A stretch of DNA of 64,000 bases from Blastocystis sp. subtype 4 (Eukaryota): positions 1 through 64,000 of the forward strand of contig NW_014569539.1 of the NCBI RefSeq assembly GCF_000743755.1. The letters run 5' to 3'. The notes beneath the pieces are model-generated. The model saw nothing but the letters and a program-made list of their open reading frames with translations, was not told the DNA's origin and did not search any database. The position numbers and the translations under genes are program-made. Shown here one piece after another: positions 25,507 to 40,500 of this stretch (position 1 is the first letter of the stretch; each line of letters opens with the position of its first letter).

Positions 25507-28500
25507 ATGATACCAGTATCATTCACTGTGGACCAGACTTCATTTTCTCTGGAGTTTGATGCTGTTATAACAGTGCAGCAATATAAGACATATTTCACTG
25601 TAATGACGAGAAACAATATTGATTGTTAGAAGGTTACTGGTGTTAGGTTCGAGGAGTTAATCTTCCTCTCTGGAAAGAAGCAGTTGAATGTATCGGTTCC
25701 CTTATTGACTCAGTTAACTACTGGATCTGAAATTAGGATTGGCCGTGCTTTGACACAGTCTGTAACATGGGATAATCATGTCTGTGATGTCCGTTGTTAT
25801 TCAGGATTCACTGTTAGTGAATTCATTTTGTACTGTATCCAATCTCTGAAATTGTCTGGAAGTGCTGATTGCTATTCTATTCAGCGTAAGGATGGAACTG
25901 AATTACCATCATTGACACCGATTCCCTTCAGTGGCTTTCAAGAAAAGATAATGCTAGTGAACAAAAATGCTCTTAAGAAACCACCTCCATATGTGCGCAA
26001 GCCTGCTAATCCAGTCTCAGGCATTGCGGGATGTCCTCCTGTTTTCACAATCGAAATCGGTATAAGTGGTATCTATAGCAACATGGTTGTAAAGAAAGAT
26101 GATTCTGTTGAAACAGTACTACGGCACTATCTTCAGGATACTCTGAAGGACAAGTATAGTGAAGACCTTGTTAAGAACGCTGTATTGCAATGTAATAACC
26201 ATGTATTGAATAAGGGGTTGAAGATGTATCAATGTGGGGTTGTTCGCAAGCGACTTGATTGTCCTTCTTATTGATATCATTGACATTTAGGTATCTTACC
26301 TGAAAAATCCAATACCTTCCTGGTGGATATTTCTTATATGAACAGTTTCAAATATTCCATTGAAGTAACTTCAGAGTTTTATGTTGGCAGTGTTCTTAAG
26401 CAATATGTTCAGGTATGTGGTTTCCGATCATTGAGATCTAGATGTTATACAGAACCCAGTACAATGATTCGTTTTTGGATAAACTTGCACTGTCATCATC
26501 GAATCAGATCCTCCTGAAGGATAGGACACTTGCAGATTATCACATTTTCTCTTCTTGTTCCCTTCTTTGTAGGTTCATATCTTTACTATGATAATCAGGT
26601 ATACTGTATTCCTGGTCAAATTCCAGTACATCTAGAATAACAATCATTGTTGTTCAAGGTCCAAATACCTACAAATATGAAGTGTCTGGTAATATGACGA
26701 TTAAAGCAGTTCTTGAGCTCCACTTGAAGGTCTGATTGTGTATATGACATGATGATTAGAATGCTTATGGTAGTCAGTTTCAGGATCACTTCACTTCTCT
26801 CTTTTCTTTACTAAGAGATGGAACTGTTCTTTCTCTAACGAATACATTGACTGAGAACGGGATTACTTCCTCTACAACACTTATCTGTGAAGAAACAAGG
26901 AAAATCCAAACTATAATCGTGAAGGTGTTTTCTGAAGGTGAAAAAACTGAAGAATACACTGTTCGATTGTCTGATACACCTATGGATGTAATTCAACAGT
27001 ATTGTGGTCAGCGTGATACTATGCTTTGCTTGAAAACTTCTTCTCAAATACTGAATAATGATAAGACTCTTGGTTCTCAAGGTGTTACTGCGGATTCTGT
27101 TCTTGAAGGTAGGAATAGAAAGGTTTGTTGATTTTAGTGGTGTTGAAACCTGATTCAGCTATTTCGATGACAATAAGAATCATCTTTACTTTATCTTCTT
27201 TGAATCAACAGATGTTTGAAGTACTCTATTCCCTTTCCTTACGGGATGCTATGATCCAATACTTGAAGGCTATTGGTTATCCCCACCCTTCACTTCAAAT
27301 GAAAACACTTGTAGTTGTTCTTCATGGATCCTCTTCTGCTCTTTCCAATCTGGATGTTTCTGTTGGCTCTCTGGCTAAGAACTTCCAACTTCATATTGAT
27401 TGTTGGTTGGATGAATGAATGTTGATGTTATAGTATGGACTAGGGAGGAATATGCAAAACTAATTCGTGTTCCTGTAGAACCAACTGTTAATCCGACCAT
27501 ACACCCGAATGGAAATAATGCACCGAAGAAGCCACCTGGTCTAACTATGAATTCATCACCTGGTATTACTCTAAACCCATCACCTGGTCTAACTATGAAT
27601 TCATCACCTGGTATTACTCTAAACTCATCACCTGGTCTAACTATGAATTCATCACCTGGTATTACTCTAAACTCATCACCTGGTATTACTCTAAACCCAT
27701 CACCTGATCCGAGTCCTAAACCATATCCAACACCAACATATATGCGTTCTCTCACCATCGTGTATTTGCATAAAGGTATGAAAGTGGATTATTCCATTAA
27801 TTCTTGGGTACAGACATCTCTAGAGTATTATATCAATGTTCCTATTCGTGTTTCTATTGATTCGTAGAAGTCACTCACTGACACCGAAAGGAAAGATGTT
27901 TTCATTCTCAATACTCAGGGACAATCTATCACTCTTTCTGATCTCGAACGATCATCTAATCAATCTACCAGTGTTTTTATTCTTCCTGTATTGAATTTGG
28001 TTTTGCTCTGATTTAGAAATCGTTATTCACTCTTTCTATGATGAAGGTTGAATCTATTTCTGCTTCTTCAGCTCTCTCTCCTTTATGTTTTGATACTCAT
28101 TCCATTTCACTTCCTCTCTTTACAGTGACATGGTCAATTACGAATTTCAGCAAGTCGCATTTTCGTAATATCATCAAAGCACCACTCTTAAGTAGAGTCC
28201 AAGTCATCAAAGTGTTGAGTCAGAATCCTTCGCTTCTTCTGATGAATAGGTGAAATCAAGAGAGCTCAAGGAGAAATGCAAATTGAGAATCGCACTATGA
28301 CATTGAGTTCTCTTTCTCTACCATACTCAGTCGTCAAATACCAGGGCATTAATGAGATTGTGGATATCGTGTGTAAAACAGGAATGAAGATTAAGGAGTT
28401 GAATATCGAGTTGGATGATAAAGCTACGAAAACAGACAAAGGACGTATTGAATCCAATTGTGGTCAGTTGATACGTCAGTATCAACTCAGTTTCCCTATC

Positions 28501-31500
28501 ATTTTGAATGGTCTAGTTATTGGTCAAATGGAAGGTCCAAAGATTCTTAAGGAAGAAGAGAAGAAAGACCGATTGGTCACAATTCAACAGAAGGATTTTG
28601 ATGGACAGGAATATGAGTTGGATTCCAATCCCCATCGTCACTATGACAATGAAGAATCCATTCTAGTTGGCTATTTCAATAAATCTAATGAGAAATCAAC
28701 ATTAGCCACTCAATCATTTGACTCTCTGATTATTCATTACTTTGCTCGAAGAGAGATTATGGAGAAAAGGAAGAAGAATCAGAATTTAGTACAGAGAACT
28801 ATGCAGTGGTTTACAGCTACTGATGAGTACGAATATGTCTCTGTTGAGAAAGAAGTCACTGAATCCTTTTATACTCTTGCTTCTGCACTGACAGATGGTT
28901 GTGAGTATCTTTATCTTGGTGATCGTCTTTGCTTTTCAGGTCAACCACATTTAGAGAAGATAATTAAAGACTTCTATCTTCCATTATTACCTCATGATAC
29001 TTTCAATCACAATCAAGTGACTGAAGAGATGCATTTCTTTGTAATCCATAATGTCAAGCATGCTACTTTGGCTATTCTCTCTGGGGACAATTTCTGTACT
29101 GTTCTCTGTGAATCGAAATCACTCATCTTTCATTCTCCTTCTTCGAGTGTTAGAGTTATTGTAGCTAAGTCTCCGTATTCAGAAGACTGGAAGTATTATG
29201 AACTGACTCCATATATGACTCGGAAGGCTACAACAGAACAACCTCCATTCATGCATAATACAGAGATGACTGTGAAGCGAAATGAGGTAGTGGAAGATTT
29301 GATTCGCTACAACATTCCTACTCTTATTGAAGGTGTTACATCGTCTGGAAAGACGTTCACTGTGGAGCAGTATTGTAGAAAAGCTCAATTGCCTTTAGTT
29401 CGTTACAATTTCAGTCCTTCGTCGACAGTAGAAGAGTTACTTGGAGATCTTGTGATAACAAATAATGAGAAGAATAGAATCATGTTTAAGGATGGTCCTT
29501 TCACGGATGCTTTCATTCATGGCAAGGTGATTCTTTTGGATGAAATGTCACTTGCACCTCCTCCAGTCATCCAGAGTTTGTTGTCATATCTCTTTGGTAA
29601 AAAGATCCAACATGAAACAACAAAAGGAAGTGAAGAGTGTTTGATGCATCCCTATTTCCGTGTGATAGCAACACAGAACCCTGCTGGAAGTGATTACAAA
29701 CGAAGTGTGATGTCAAGTAACATAAAGGATTGTTTCCGTTTAATTGGACATGCTGAGTCAAAGCGATATTTCCCAAAAATTGATTCAGCAGAGCGACAAG
29801 AGATTATCTGTGGCATGCTTCATGATGATTCTCTTGGGAAACGTGTTGCACAGATTCATGAGAAAGCAGAAGAACGAACTCGTGTTCATGTGAATCCATG
29901 TGATAAGGGAAAGGATTATACACTTCGTGATTGTTCTCGTGCCAAAGCCATTATGAGGGTTTGTCAGAATCTAGAAAGTGTTCCTGATGGACGACGATGC
30001 TTGGATCATGCATTAGAGATTGCATACAATGAAAACTTACGAATTGGACCTTTTCTAGAAGCTCCAGAGGTGACCTTTTCTGAAGATCATTTAGACTTAA
30101 CCTGTTGGTCAAATGTGTATGATCGAGTTCGTCTCGGATTGGATGCTGGTTGCCATATTCTCCTTATTGGAGAGACTGAGTATGCTGCAAGAAAGTATTG
30201 TCGCGCTCTTCTACAGATTCTGGCGGAAGATGGAACGGTATCTGAAATCGTTCATTGTAGCAGTTCATCATCTACAGATAGTGTCATTGGAGGTTATGCA
30301 TTGGAGAAGGATGATAATGATAATCCTGTTCCTCGCTTTGTAGCTTCTCCTTTCCTGAACCGAATAGAGGAGGGTGGAATCTGTGTTCTTCAATCGATGG
30401 AGACAATGAAATCGAATGTAATTGAACGACTGAATTCGGTATTGGAGTTATTGCCCGCAGATGGTCGAACCCACATTATTCGTTTTGATGAACGTAGGGA
30501 AAGCCCTAATGTGATTCTCCATTCATCTTTCCGTGTGATAGCGACTACCTCAGAGAAAGGTCTTCAATCCTTCTCTCCAGCATTACGAAATCGTTTTCTT
30601 GAGATTATGATAGGTTGTGAGTCATCGGTGAACATGAATGATGACTATCAAGGTCAATTCCAATATGATTATGGATTGAGTGAAGAGAGAGAGGCATATG
30701 AGTGTATGGTCCGTTATTCTCATGATTCTAGTTTCTTCTTCAAGCAACACGTTTTAGCAAGTCTTATGTTCATTCGTTATATGACTACAATTCCTCTCAA
30801 TTCTGCAATTGTTGATTCTATTTGTAAGAAATCTCCACTATCTCAATTGAAATCTCTTGGATCTCTGTGTTCTCCAATTTCTAATCTCTTTTATTCTATT
30901 TGTAAGAATAAGGCAACTGCTCTGTATGGACGGAAAATGTGTGGGAAAACATATCTAACTAGACAGATGATCTCTCTCATGTCAATTCGTGAGCATCAGA
31001 TCATTCAAGTGTCCACAGAAACGGACTTTGTAACCTTAATGGGAAGTACAGATATCAAAGGGAATTTCAATCCTGGTGTTTTGATGGATGCGGTAGAAAA
31101 GGGATATCTTGTGATATTTGATAATGCAGAGAACATGTCAATTGAACTGTTGGAACAAATGGATACGATTCTGGATCCATTTACTCATGATTTTACGTAT
31201 CCTATTGCTGAGCGTCATCAGATTCATCCTGCTTTTCGTGCTCTTTTCATATTCACAACACGACGAGATACACTCACAGTTCCTCTTCCTGCCTTTTATG
31301 AAACTGTCAAGTTGCCTGCAATTACTGGAGCAATTGCAAAGTCTTTTATTCAGAATTCGTTTTGCAAAGTATTGTGTGACCATATGGATTCGGGTGAGAT
31401 CTCATTAGGTGAGATCATGATGGTTGAGAGAATCAATACAATGGATTCATCAAAGAATACTATGCTTGTGACTGCTGCGTTATTCGCTGATAGACCTAAG

Positions 31501-34500
31501 AAGAAGGAGGTTTTGCAAACAATTCTTGATAAACACAAAAGTGAACTTAGTGAGAAGGATATGAAGGAAACAGAAGTGATTCTCGAATCCAAAGAGGCGG
31601 TAACATCTGAATCTACGACACATTCTGGAGCCACTCGATTCTCCCGAGGTACTCTTATTGTGGAGAGTTCGCTTCCTTACAATTCTGTTAAGGATACAGA
31701 TTCTGCAGTCAAAACTGCCCTCTTCACCGCCCTTCTAACCAAGTATTCTCTGTTGCGTACTCCACTTCTTCTTGTAGGAGATCCAGATGTGACTAGTGAG
31801 GTTTGTAAGTATCTTGAACCCGATGCATTGCACATGGAAATGTCGAGTTCTATGGAGATGAGTCATGTATTTGGTGAAGTATCTGTATGTCATGAAGAAG
31901 ATATTGAATACATTCTGCGTTCAGTACGTACTTCCAACTTGGATGGAACTCCACTTCAGTTCTATGTTAGTTATCTGGAGGATCAATTAAAGGAGATCAA
32001 AAGTCAAGCAGAGATGTTACATAATAATGGACAATCAGATTCCCATGGAATTACTTCATCAAAGAGAAGTGAAGAGAAACCATCAGTAATTTTGTATCGA
32101 CCTGGTCCACTTCTTCGTGCTATTATGGGAGATCGATCAGTAATTCTTAATAATATCAATCTTCTTAGTGAACATTTGCGACCTCGTCTTTATGCTCTTC
32201 TATTCAATCTTGGAAATGGAGAGTTCACATTGTTTGAGAACAATACTTATCATGATCGACATATTGTTGGAAACAAGCTCAACATTCTGACTACATGTGA
32301 ACCTCTGGATATCAATAGAGTGGAGAATAAGGACGCATATTTTCAAGTGTTCTGTCAATCGTTCTCTTCTAGTGAGATTAGCAAATATGACTTTAAGAAC
32401 AATGATCAATATCCTCTTCATGTACTACGTAAGGCTGATAAGATGAGAGATGCATTCAAGAATCCTCATCTGTATACTCCTCTTTATATCACATACTTCC
32501 AATCAGAAGCCAATAAACGTCAAGAAATGATTGAAATACTTGAGAATGATGAATCCATGAAGTCATTCATTCAATTCTTGCAGATCACAGAAAAGGATGC
32601 TGAAATGAATGATACAAGTCTGATGAATACCTTCTTTCATTCAATACTTCTCAAGAAAGTGATATCAGCTCTTCGTGCAGAGACAGATGATTTTGATAAG
32701 AAGAAGCGAATGCGTTCTCTCCTTCCAACCAAGACTACTCTTCAATTACTCACATCAGTAGCTATTGCGGACTTTAGTCACATCCCGCTGATTCTTGAAG
32801 GTGATCCTGGAGTGGGAAAGACGGTAGCAACAGAAAACTTCTTCCTTTGTCATGATTTTGTGTATAAGCGAATCAGTTTCTCCAACAGTACTACGATTGA
32901 CAGCATTTTTGGTTGTTATTCGTTAGTGAATGGTAATCTTCAGTTTAAGAATGGTAGTATCACAGATCTTCTGGTATCAGGCCCTCAAACAGGAAAACGA
33001 ATAGCACTACTTCTTGATGAAGTGAATTTGGCTCCTTGTGATGTGCTTGAGGTGTTACTATCTTTGGTTCGAGCGTATTGTAATCATGAACGTTTCCAAG
33101 TGCCAGGAAGTGAAGAGATATCAATTCCAGAAGATATGCTTCTTATTTGTTGTATGAACCCAGCTGCAATGTCTGCTAATCGAAGTACTCTTCCTCGTCA
33201 GTTCTATTCTTTCTGTTTACATCATCGTGATATCAAGTATTCAATCCAGGAACTCTTCCTTACTGCTACTTCGATTCTTGCATCTGTTCCAGGAAACTCA
33301 CCAGAAATGACAGACACAATTATGAGTCTTTTCAAGCAATCTTTCTTGTCTTCTCAGAAGACATCCATTCCATTCTCACTTCGTGATGTATTGAAAGTAC
33401 AACAGATTTGTAGTGCTAATAAGACCATTTCTCTTCAAGCTGCTTTGTGGCTTGTATTTGCTTGTCGTCATGAAGAGTCAGAAAGAAGGATTGTTGAGAA
33501 GATTCTTGGTCAGGAAGAACAGAAGAATGTGACGATTGTGAAACGTGAAGATCATTGTGTGGTGACAAGTTTCTGGGAAGTTGTGATTCCTACAACATAC
33601 AATGATTGTTTCCATGAATGGTGTTTCACCACCTCTGAGTTGTTTACAGTATTCAAACTCTCTTTGGCTCTTTTGAGTAAACGAGCTATTCTAGTGTATG
33701 GTTTGTCTCCCTCTGGAAAGAGTTATACGATTTCTTCTATTGCTGATATGTGGGGTATGAGATGTCGAACTGTATATCTGAATCATGAGAGTACTCCTGA
33801 TTCTTTTATTGGTCGTTCTTCTCTAGCAGTAGATGAGAATGGAATAGACCACATTGTATTCCGAAAAGGTCCATTGTTGGAAGCTATGGAAGAAGGTCAA
33901 TGGATTGTGATTGAAGACATTCATTTGGCAAACAATGATGTGATGGAATCTCTTAACTCTCTTTGTGAAGAGAATCCGATAATGAAAGTGGTAGCAGGTG
34001 ATCAAGAATGGACATATGTATCTCATAAGTCATCAAAATCTGGTGGAAATGAAAAGCAGATTCATTCTGACTTCCGAATCTTCTTTACCATTTCAGAGAA
34101 CACCTTGAAACACTTTACTGGACCATTCCTGAGTCGATGTGTGATTATCTACAGTGATCCCATAGCCAGTTCAAAGTCAATCCAAGAGATTTGTTATATT
34201 GTGGGTAAGACTGGCAAACCAGAATGGTTTGGAGAGAAAGAGGAACACCAATTCCGTCGTTGCATGCGTGTGATCAATAGTGGAGATGAGAAATCCTTTG
34301 CTATCGAGTTTGGATATGAGCCACGTCTCAACGAGCGATTGGTAACATTTGAGATCCCTCATTCGATTGAATCGGACCTGGAGGATCTGATTGAATCAAT
34401 AGCAAAGATATCTGATGAGGAACGATTTAATCAGACTCGAAAGGTGTTGATGCGTATTTGCGACTCTACACCCATGTCATTCAATCGTAACGATGTTTGT

Positions 34501-37500
34501 CAGCATCTCTCACAGTCGAAGCAGTATTTAGAATCTTCATTCATCTATTACATTGTGGATGTACTTACTAGGTTCCTTGACTCTACAGAGACATTTGAGA
34601 ATAGTGTGATTCGAAATCAAAGTGGTGATTTGGCTTCAATTCTTCATCGATGGTTCATCTTGAGTGATATTCATCCTCCTCTGTATCCAAGAAAGAAAGC
34701 TTCAGATTTCTGTTTTAGCAAAGGTACTCAATTGACATACTTCTTCAACATTTCCCAAGAAGACAATAATCAGTTGTATCTTCTATACTATATCTGTGGT
34801 CGAACTGCAGAACTAATTGATACTCTTGAGTATGATGAATTGAAGTCTCTATTCGAATCAATATTTGTGTATATGGACAGTATGATGAATGAACAGATGA
34901 TGATTACTTGTACTTGTGCTGTTGACAAGATTCGTACTGAGTTTTTGTTGGCCAAGAATAAGGAACGTGATTTCACGAGGACACCAACATTGGACAATGT
35001 GTTAGCAACACGTACTATTCGTGAGGCAATTGAGAATGAAATGAAGAAACTCCCTGAATCAGTTCAACACTGTGATGGAATGAAACTTATATCAGGATTT
35101 GTAACAGAACTAGACTCTAAAGTAGCTAAAGATTATTTGGATAAGAAGAGTGATTCTCTTGAAGATGATCAGACTCAACAGTATCGATTCCGTGATGTGC
35201 TTCATCACTGTGGACCCAACAAGACCCTTCAGGATAACATCAAGAAGGCTTTCGATGGTCGAATTGATAGTACTACATTTAATCAGTTGGGAATTAATGG
35301 AGATGTGGAGAAAGAGTACCATGAATATGAATATAAAGCTCCTTATCAAAAAATGATTGCAAAGACTTCTCATTGTCTGTATAAGTTGAACAAATTCCAT
35401 TGTCAAGCAGTGATTCTGAATGAATATGCTGATGTTTTAAAGGAATTGAAGATTGATATTGTGGATGCATTACGTCATTTTGGAAACTATGAGAGTGACG
35501 TGAAAGATTCTTTGATCATTCTTCTGAATGCCTTGTTATGTGTGTATAGGAAGAATATTAATTGGAAGGAATTCGTTAATAACTATCACATGTATCCTTT
35601 CCTAATGCCCCGTCCTCAGACAGAACAAGCAATCCAAGAAGCCATTGATATGTTGAATGAGAATGACTGGTTTGAATCACAAGTGGGACAGGTGAAGGAT
35701 AAGTATAAATACAAGAAGAAGAAGGATGCCTATGAATCTATTAGAAATGATCTGATACGAAGATTGAGCGTAACAGACATGGAACCTATTCACTTAGAAT
35801 CTATTGCTATTCTTCAGACTCTAGATTCTGATAACAAGAATGAGATTGTTAAATTGTCATATTCAAAGATTGCGAAAGTTCAGTCACTATGGAAGTGTGA
35901 TATGTCAGCAGATGTGGAAGAGGGAATGGAGATTCCTGCTCGTGTATTAGGATACGAAGTGGAATTACAATCATCACTGTCAAAGAAGGAAGATGAGTTG
36001 TTCCACTTGGTTTGGTCATCTTCTTGTAAGTTGAGTTTTGAGGAAAAGCTTCGAGTTGTATGTCCAAGAGAGCGATCATCATTGGAAGAAGTGGTGATTG
36101 ATATGTATAACAATGAGATACTTTGCTATTCCCTGAAGAAAGCATTAAGAGTTGCATCATCGATTGATGAACTGATTGAGAAGGTCCAAGAGGAACTACG
36201 TGAACAGACGAAGAACAAGATCGTTGTAAAGGATAAAGAGATCCAGAGAGTGTCCGAAGGGTTACGTATAGCACGCAATGAGTTGAGAGAGGCTGAAACC
36301 TCGCTTTCGTTGAAGAAGACTGATATCATTGATAAGTATACAAGAATTGCTGATGACTATAACAGACAACACTTTGGGAAGACTTCTGATGATTTAATTC
36401 GTAATGATACAGCGATTCGTGTGTATGCATATCTGTTAGCATTCAATCAACTGAATCAGGGTATGTTTCAACCATACTGGTCAACTCCCACGAAGAATCA
36501 ATTTTCCTTTAGTCCACGAATACCATCTCTACGAAGTGATTATTCTCCTTTTGCTTTCCAAATTGTTCTAGTTCCCAAGGATGCCAAGTTTTTGTCAAAG
36601 AAGAATGGTACTCTAAAACTGACGTTAAGTCCTCCAGAAGGATTAGAATTCTTACTGAATAGAATTGATTATGTGATAACTAAGGATGGATTTCTTCCAG
36701 AATCCCTAACACAGCACCATCTGATGGTGGTACTTCCTCTGGCTCCATGGAAATGGTATGTTGAGACAAAGGATAAAGTGGAGTTTGAACTTCGATATTA
36801 TCAGAATACTATGTCTATACTATCATCAGCAAAGAAATCAAGTAGAAGCTATAGTTATGGTTACTATAATTCGATTTACTATGATGGTAACATATATCTC
36901 AGTCTTGTTCTCTTCTTAACAATGTTGAAACTACGAGACTATAATGGTTTTGCTTACAACGTACAAGGTCGTCCTGAAGACTTCTATGTATATGGGCTTT
37001 CTCATCGTCATACTGGTTCTTGGTCAAGTTCTATAGTGTCATTAAGTCAGAATGAATGTCCTTCATTCTATTCAATGCATAGCCATATTAATTTGTTATG
37101 TTCTGAGATCACATCAGCAAGTCAGATTGTGGATCTATATGTTCTTGATTATTCTGTAAAAGGAAATGCAAGACGGTGTGATCAGTATGTGAGTATTCCT
37201 CGTGACAATAATGCTAGAATGGCATATTATGATTCCAGTTCTTCTAATGATGTGTATGCGTATAATCAGCTACTAGATAAGAAGATCAAGAAGAATCAGG
37301 TAGTAGGAGAGTTGGAAACACAACTGAAAACCAAGGAGGATGAAAGGAGGAATCTAGTTCAGAGTAGTTCCAGTGCTTCTCAATACTTCTTCCCAGATAT
37401 CACAAGCAGTTCAAAAGAATTTGTTGCTCAGACTACGGAATTGAATGATGTTATTCTGATGATTATGGATGAAAATGAAGTCTCACTTTGTCTTCCTAAG

Positions 37501-40500
37501 AAGGATACATTCTATTTGCCAACACGTTATATTGGTGTGGATGGTAAGCAAATAAGCATACCTATAATCAAAACACATGATTCATTGCAGTTAGTTGTAA
37601 CAAGCAAAGATCCTTCTGTGGATGTTATTGCTGATACTACACGAGTATCATTAATATTGAATACAACAGAGGAGGGAAAGAAGATTGTTGAGTTGAAGGC
37701 TGAAGTGATGATTGATACTAATAAGGAACCTGTATTGGTGAAATCGATATTCGTTGTATTCACAGTGAAACGTCTTGAGTATGTTCGTACCTCAGAACCT
37801 TGTTTTAACTATTACTATTATCTGTATCCTCCACATGATAGTCTAGATGTCTGGTTCAGTGATAGTCCAAACCCAGTTCATGTTTCCTCTAGGTATGGAT
37901 ATAGTCAGTCAATTGGAAAGACTCGTAGTGTATATGTTAACTTTGGAACAAGATATGGTGAAAAGCCTCATTCTCTATTTACATTCAATAAGAATACTCT
38001 TGTTCCATTCGAGCGTGGCAAGTCTTCATCTAATCCTATCAGCATATCAAAGAGTGTTTCTGCGAATACTGATGCATTAATAGAACAATTGAAGTCAGAA
38101 ACCATGTCAGTATTCTTGAATGCTCTCAACAATTTATGTCTTGGAATTCTATCAGCAGACAAGAAACAAAGAGCAGAGATTCAGTTGATTCTCAATGCCT
38201 GTGAGTCAAGTCATTATTTGTTGCCTTGTATCCGAAATCGAACTTATACCATGTTATGTCTGATAACACAAGGTAGTTCATCTCTTCAATGGAATACAGA
38301 AACAGTGATAACTCATAGAGTTATTGAGGAGAATGTGGTGATCGATAAGGAAGTAAGTGGAACAAAGACAACAGTTATGTTGGATACTGAAGCAAGTGAT
38401 AGTTCGAAAGGAGGATATCGAATCTCAGATGATGTGAAGAGTAAGGTGTCAGCTGCTGTGAATGCAGTGATCATTGATACTGGTGTATCTCAGGAAGAAG
38501 AGAAAAAGAGGGATAAGAAGAAAAAGAAGAAGAAAGATGACAAAAAGGTCGATGAAAACGAAGAACGATATCGTGGTGAAAATTACAAGAACTTCTTAAA
38601 AATGATGGAGAAGAAGAAGATGGATGAATTGTATGAGATGATCAATAATCGTCGATTGAAAGAACGATTCGTTACTCCAACTGCAACAGCATCAACTCTT
38701 ACAAAGGAGTCATTTAAGAAGAAGACAAGGGATATTGAAGAGAAGTTACTCCTTCCAATTCTAACAACTAGTTCTCAACTGGTTGCATTGATGTCAGAGA
38801 GTTCTGCCTTATCAAGGGAGCCATCATCAACTGTAAATGTGATTATTGATACAAATTGTACTCACAGAACAAAGAAGAGTCGAATACGTTCTATTATCAC
38901 ATCAATCCTGGTGACAGTAATGAAAGAGATTGGTATTCATTGTCGTCTCTTTGTATCATGTGGTCGTTACAAGGGAGTACTCATTCCTATTGAGGATCAG
39001 TCTCTAACTGATGTGGTTTCTTTCATCTTTGATACAGAATTGATAGTAAAGCTTCCTTCAACACCTCTAGACCTATTGATGGTGACAGGACAGTTCAATG
39101 AGAAAGATCCTATTGTGATTGTGGGAGATGGAATGAGTGAACAGTTGATATCCTCTTGTGCATCAGTGAAGGCAGTCTTTGATAGTCATAAGGACCAAAT
39201 GTATCTATTCTGTGTGATAGGGAATGAAGAAGAAGCTTTGTTGAAGAGCAATCAACAGTCACTTGAGAATCAGCTCAAAGCAAACTTTGGAGAGGGATAC
39301 ATTGCAATTAATAAGGTCAGTGATCTCTTACATAACTGGGAAATCCTTAAGGGAATCATGTTCACCAAGGAACCAATGAACATAGTGAACTGTTCTGAAC
39401 CAATGAATGTAGCTACAATTGTTGATTCGATCGATGAGGATCTAGAAGCAACATTCTCCTCCAACAAATCAGTAACATTCCAGTGTATCATTACAAGTGA
39501 ACAGAATGCAAAGTTTGTGGAGATTCTGGATGCAGATTTGACGGTAACTCCATCAATGTCGACTTCTTTGACACTTAACGATCTGAATGTATTGATCTCA
39601 GCCGATAATCTATTTGATGCTTTGAGTTCGAATCTCTTTGTACCCAACAAGTCAACTGGATATGTTGCAAGCACTTCAGGAACCTCAATTCACATTGCTA
39701 ACTATATCAAGTATATTGTAAGCAAGGCAGGTGATGGAAAACTATTCAAGAAGCTCGGATCCGATAAGGTTCGTTCGTATTGTGCCTCAATTGTCATTGA
39801 CTGTTCATCACTTGCCTTCAGCTACATCAATCGAGTACATTCCCTTTTAACAGTTCTATCATTGCTCCGAAATATTAGCAATCTCCAATTACCATGTGTC
39901 GATATATGGGTTGCCGGTTCCACAGTAACTCGTATCTGTACAGGGTCTCCATCAGGTGATTTGTGGGAGTCCAATGTGATCCTGAGTCTGCTTTCTACAC
40001 TTCATTCACCTTGTCATAATACAACCCTTCCTGATTGTATTCGCTATGCCTGTTGTACGAGTAATTGTCGTTCATTTTCTTCTCTGATGATTGTTCTCAC
40101 AAATGGTGTGGTGTCTGAAGCAGCTCGTAATGAGATTCGAGCCATTGTCCATGGTGTAGAAATGACATACATTGGAATAGGTCTTGGTCAGTATTTGAAT
40201 GGATTCAAAGATTTGTTCCCCACAATGTTATGGTCTGCAAATCCTGCTCTATTGAATCAAGCAATCATGAATATCAGTAATCCTTCAGACAAAGCAGAAG
40301 TCTGTTATGCAGTTCCTGAGCATGAGATCACTCCTGAGATAAAGGAAATGAAACATGCTACTTGTTTTGATGATATGGTGAAGAACATCTCGGCAATTGC
40401 TAGTACTTATGAGATTGCATTGAGTAAGAACCGTATTCTTGATAAAACTGAATCTGGAAGTATGGAGGTTGGTCAGTACAACAGTAGTGTCAATGATCTT

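Noticed and set aside
26230..26290. Apparent +1 frameshift giving ASDLIVLLI as a UBL tail
   Set aside because: A canonical 30-nt phase-1 intron (26261-26290) restores the frame more simply
27375..27758. Minus-strand ORF with PGDEFRVI repeats; possible CRISPR-like array
   Set aside because: It is the antisense shadow of the coding minisatellite and has no unique spacers
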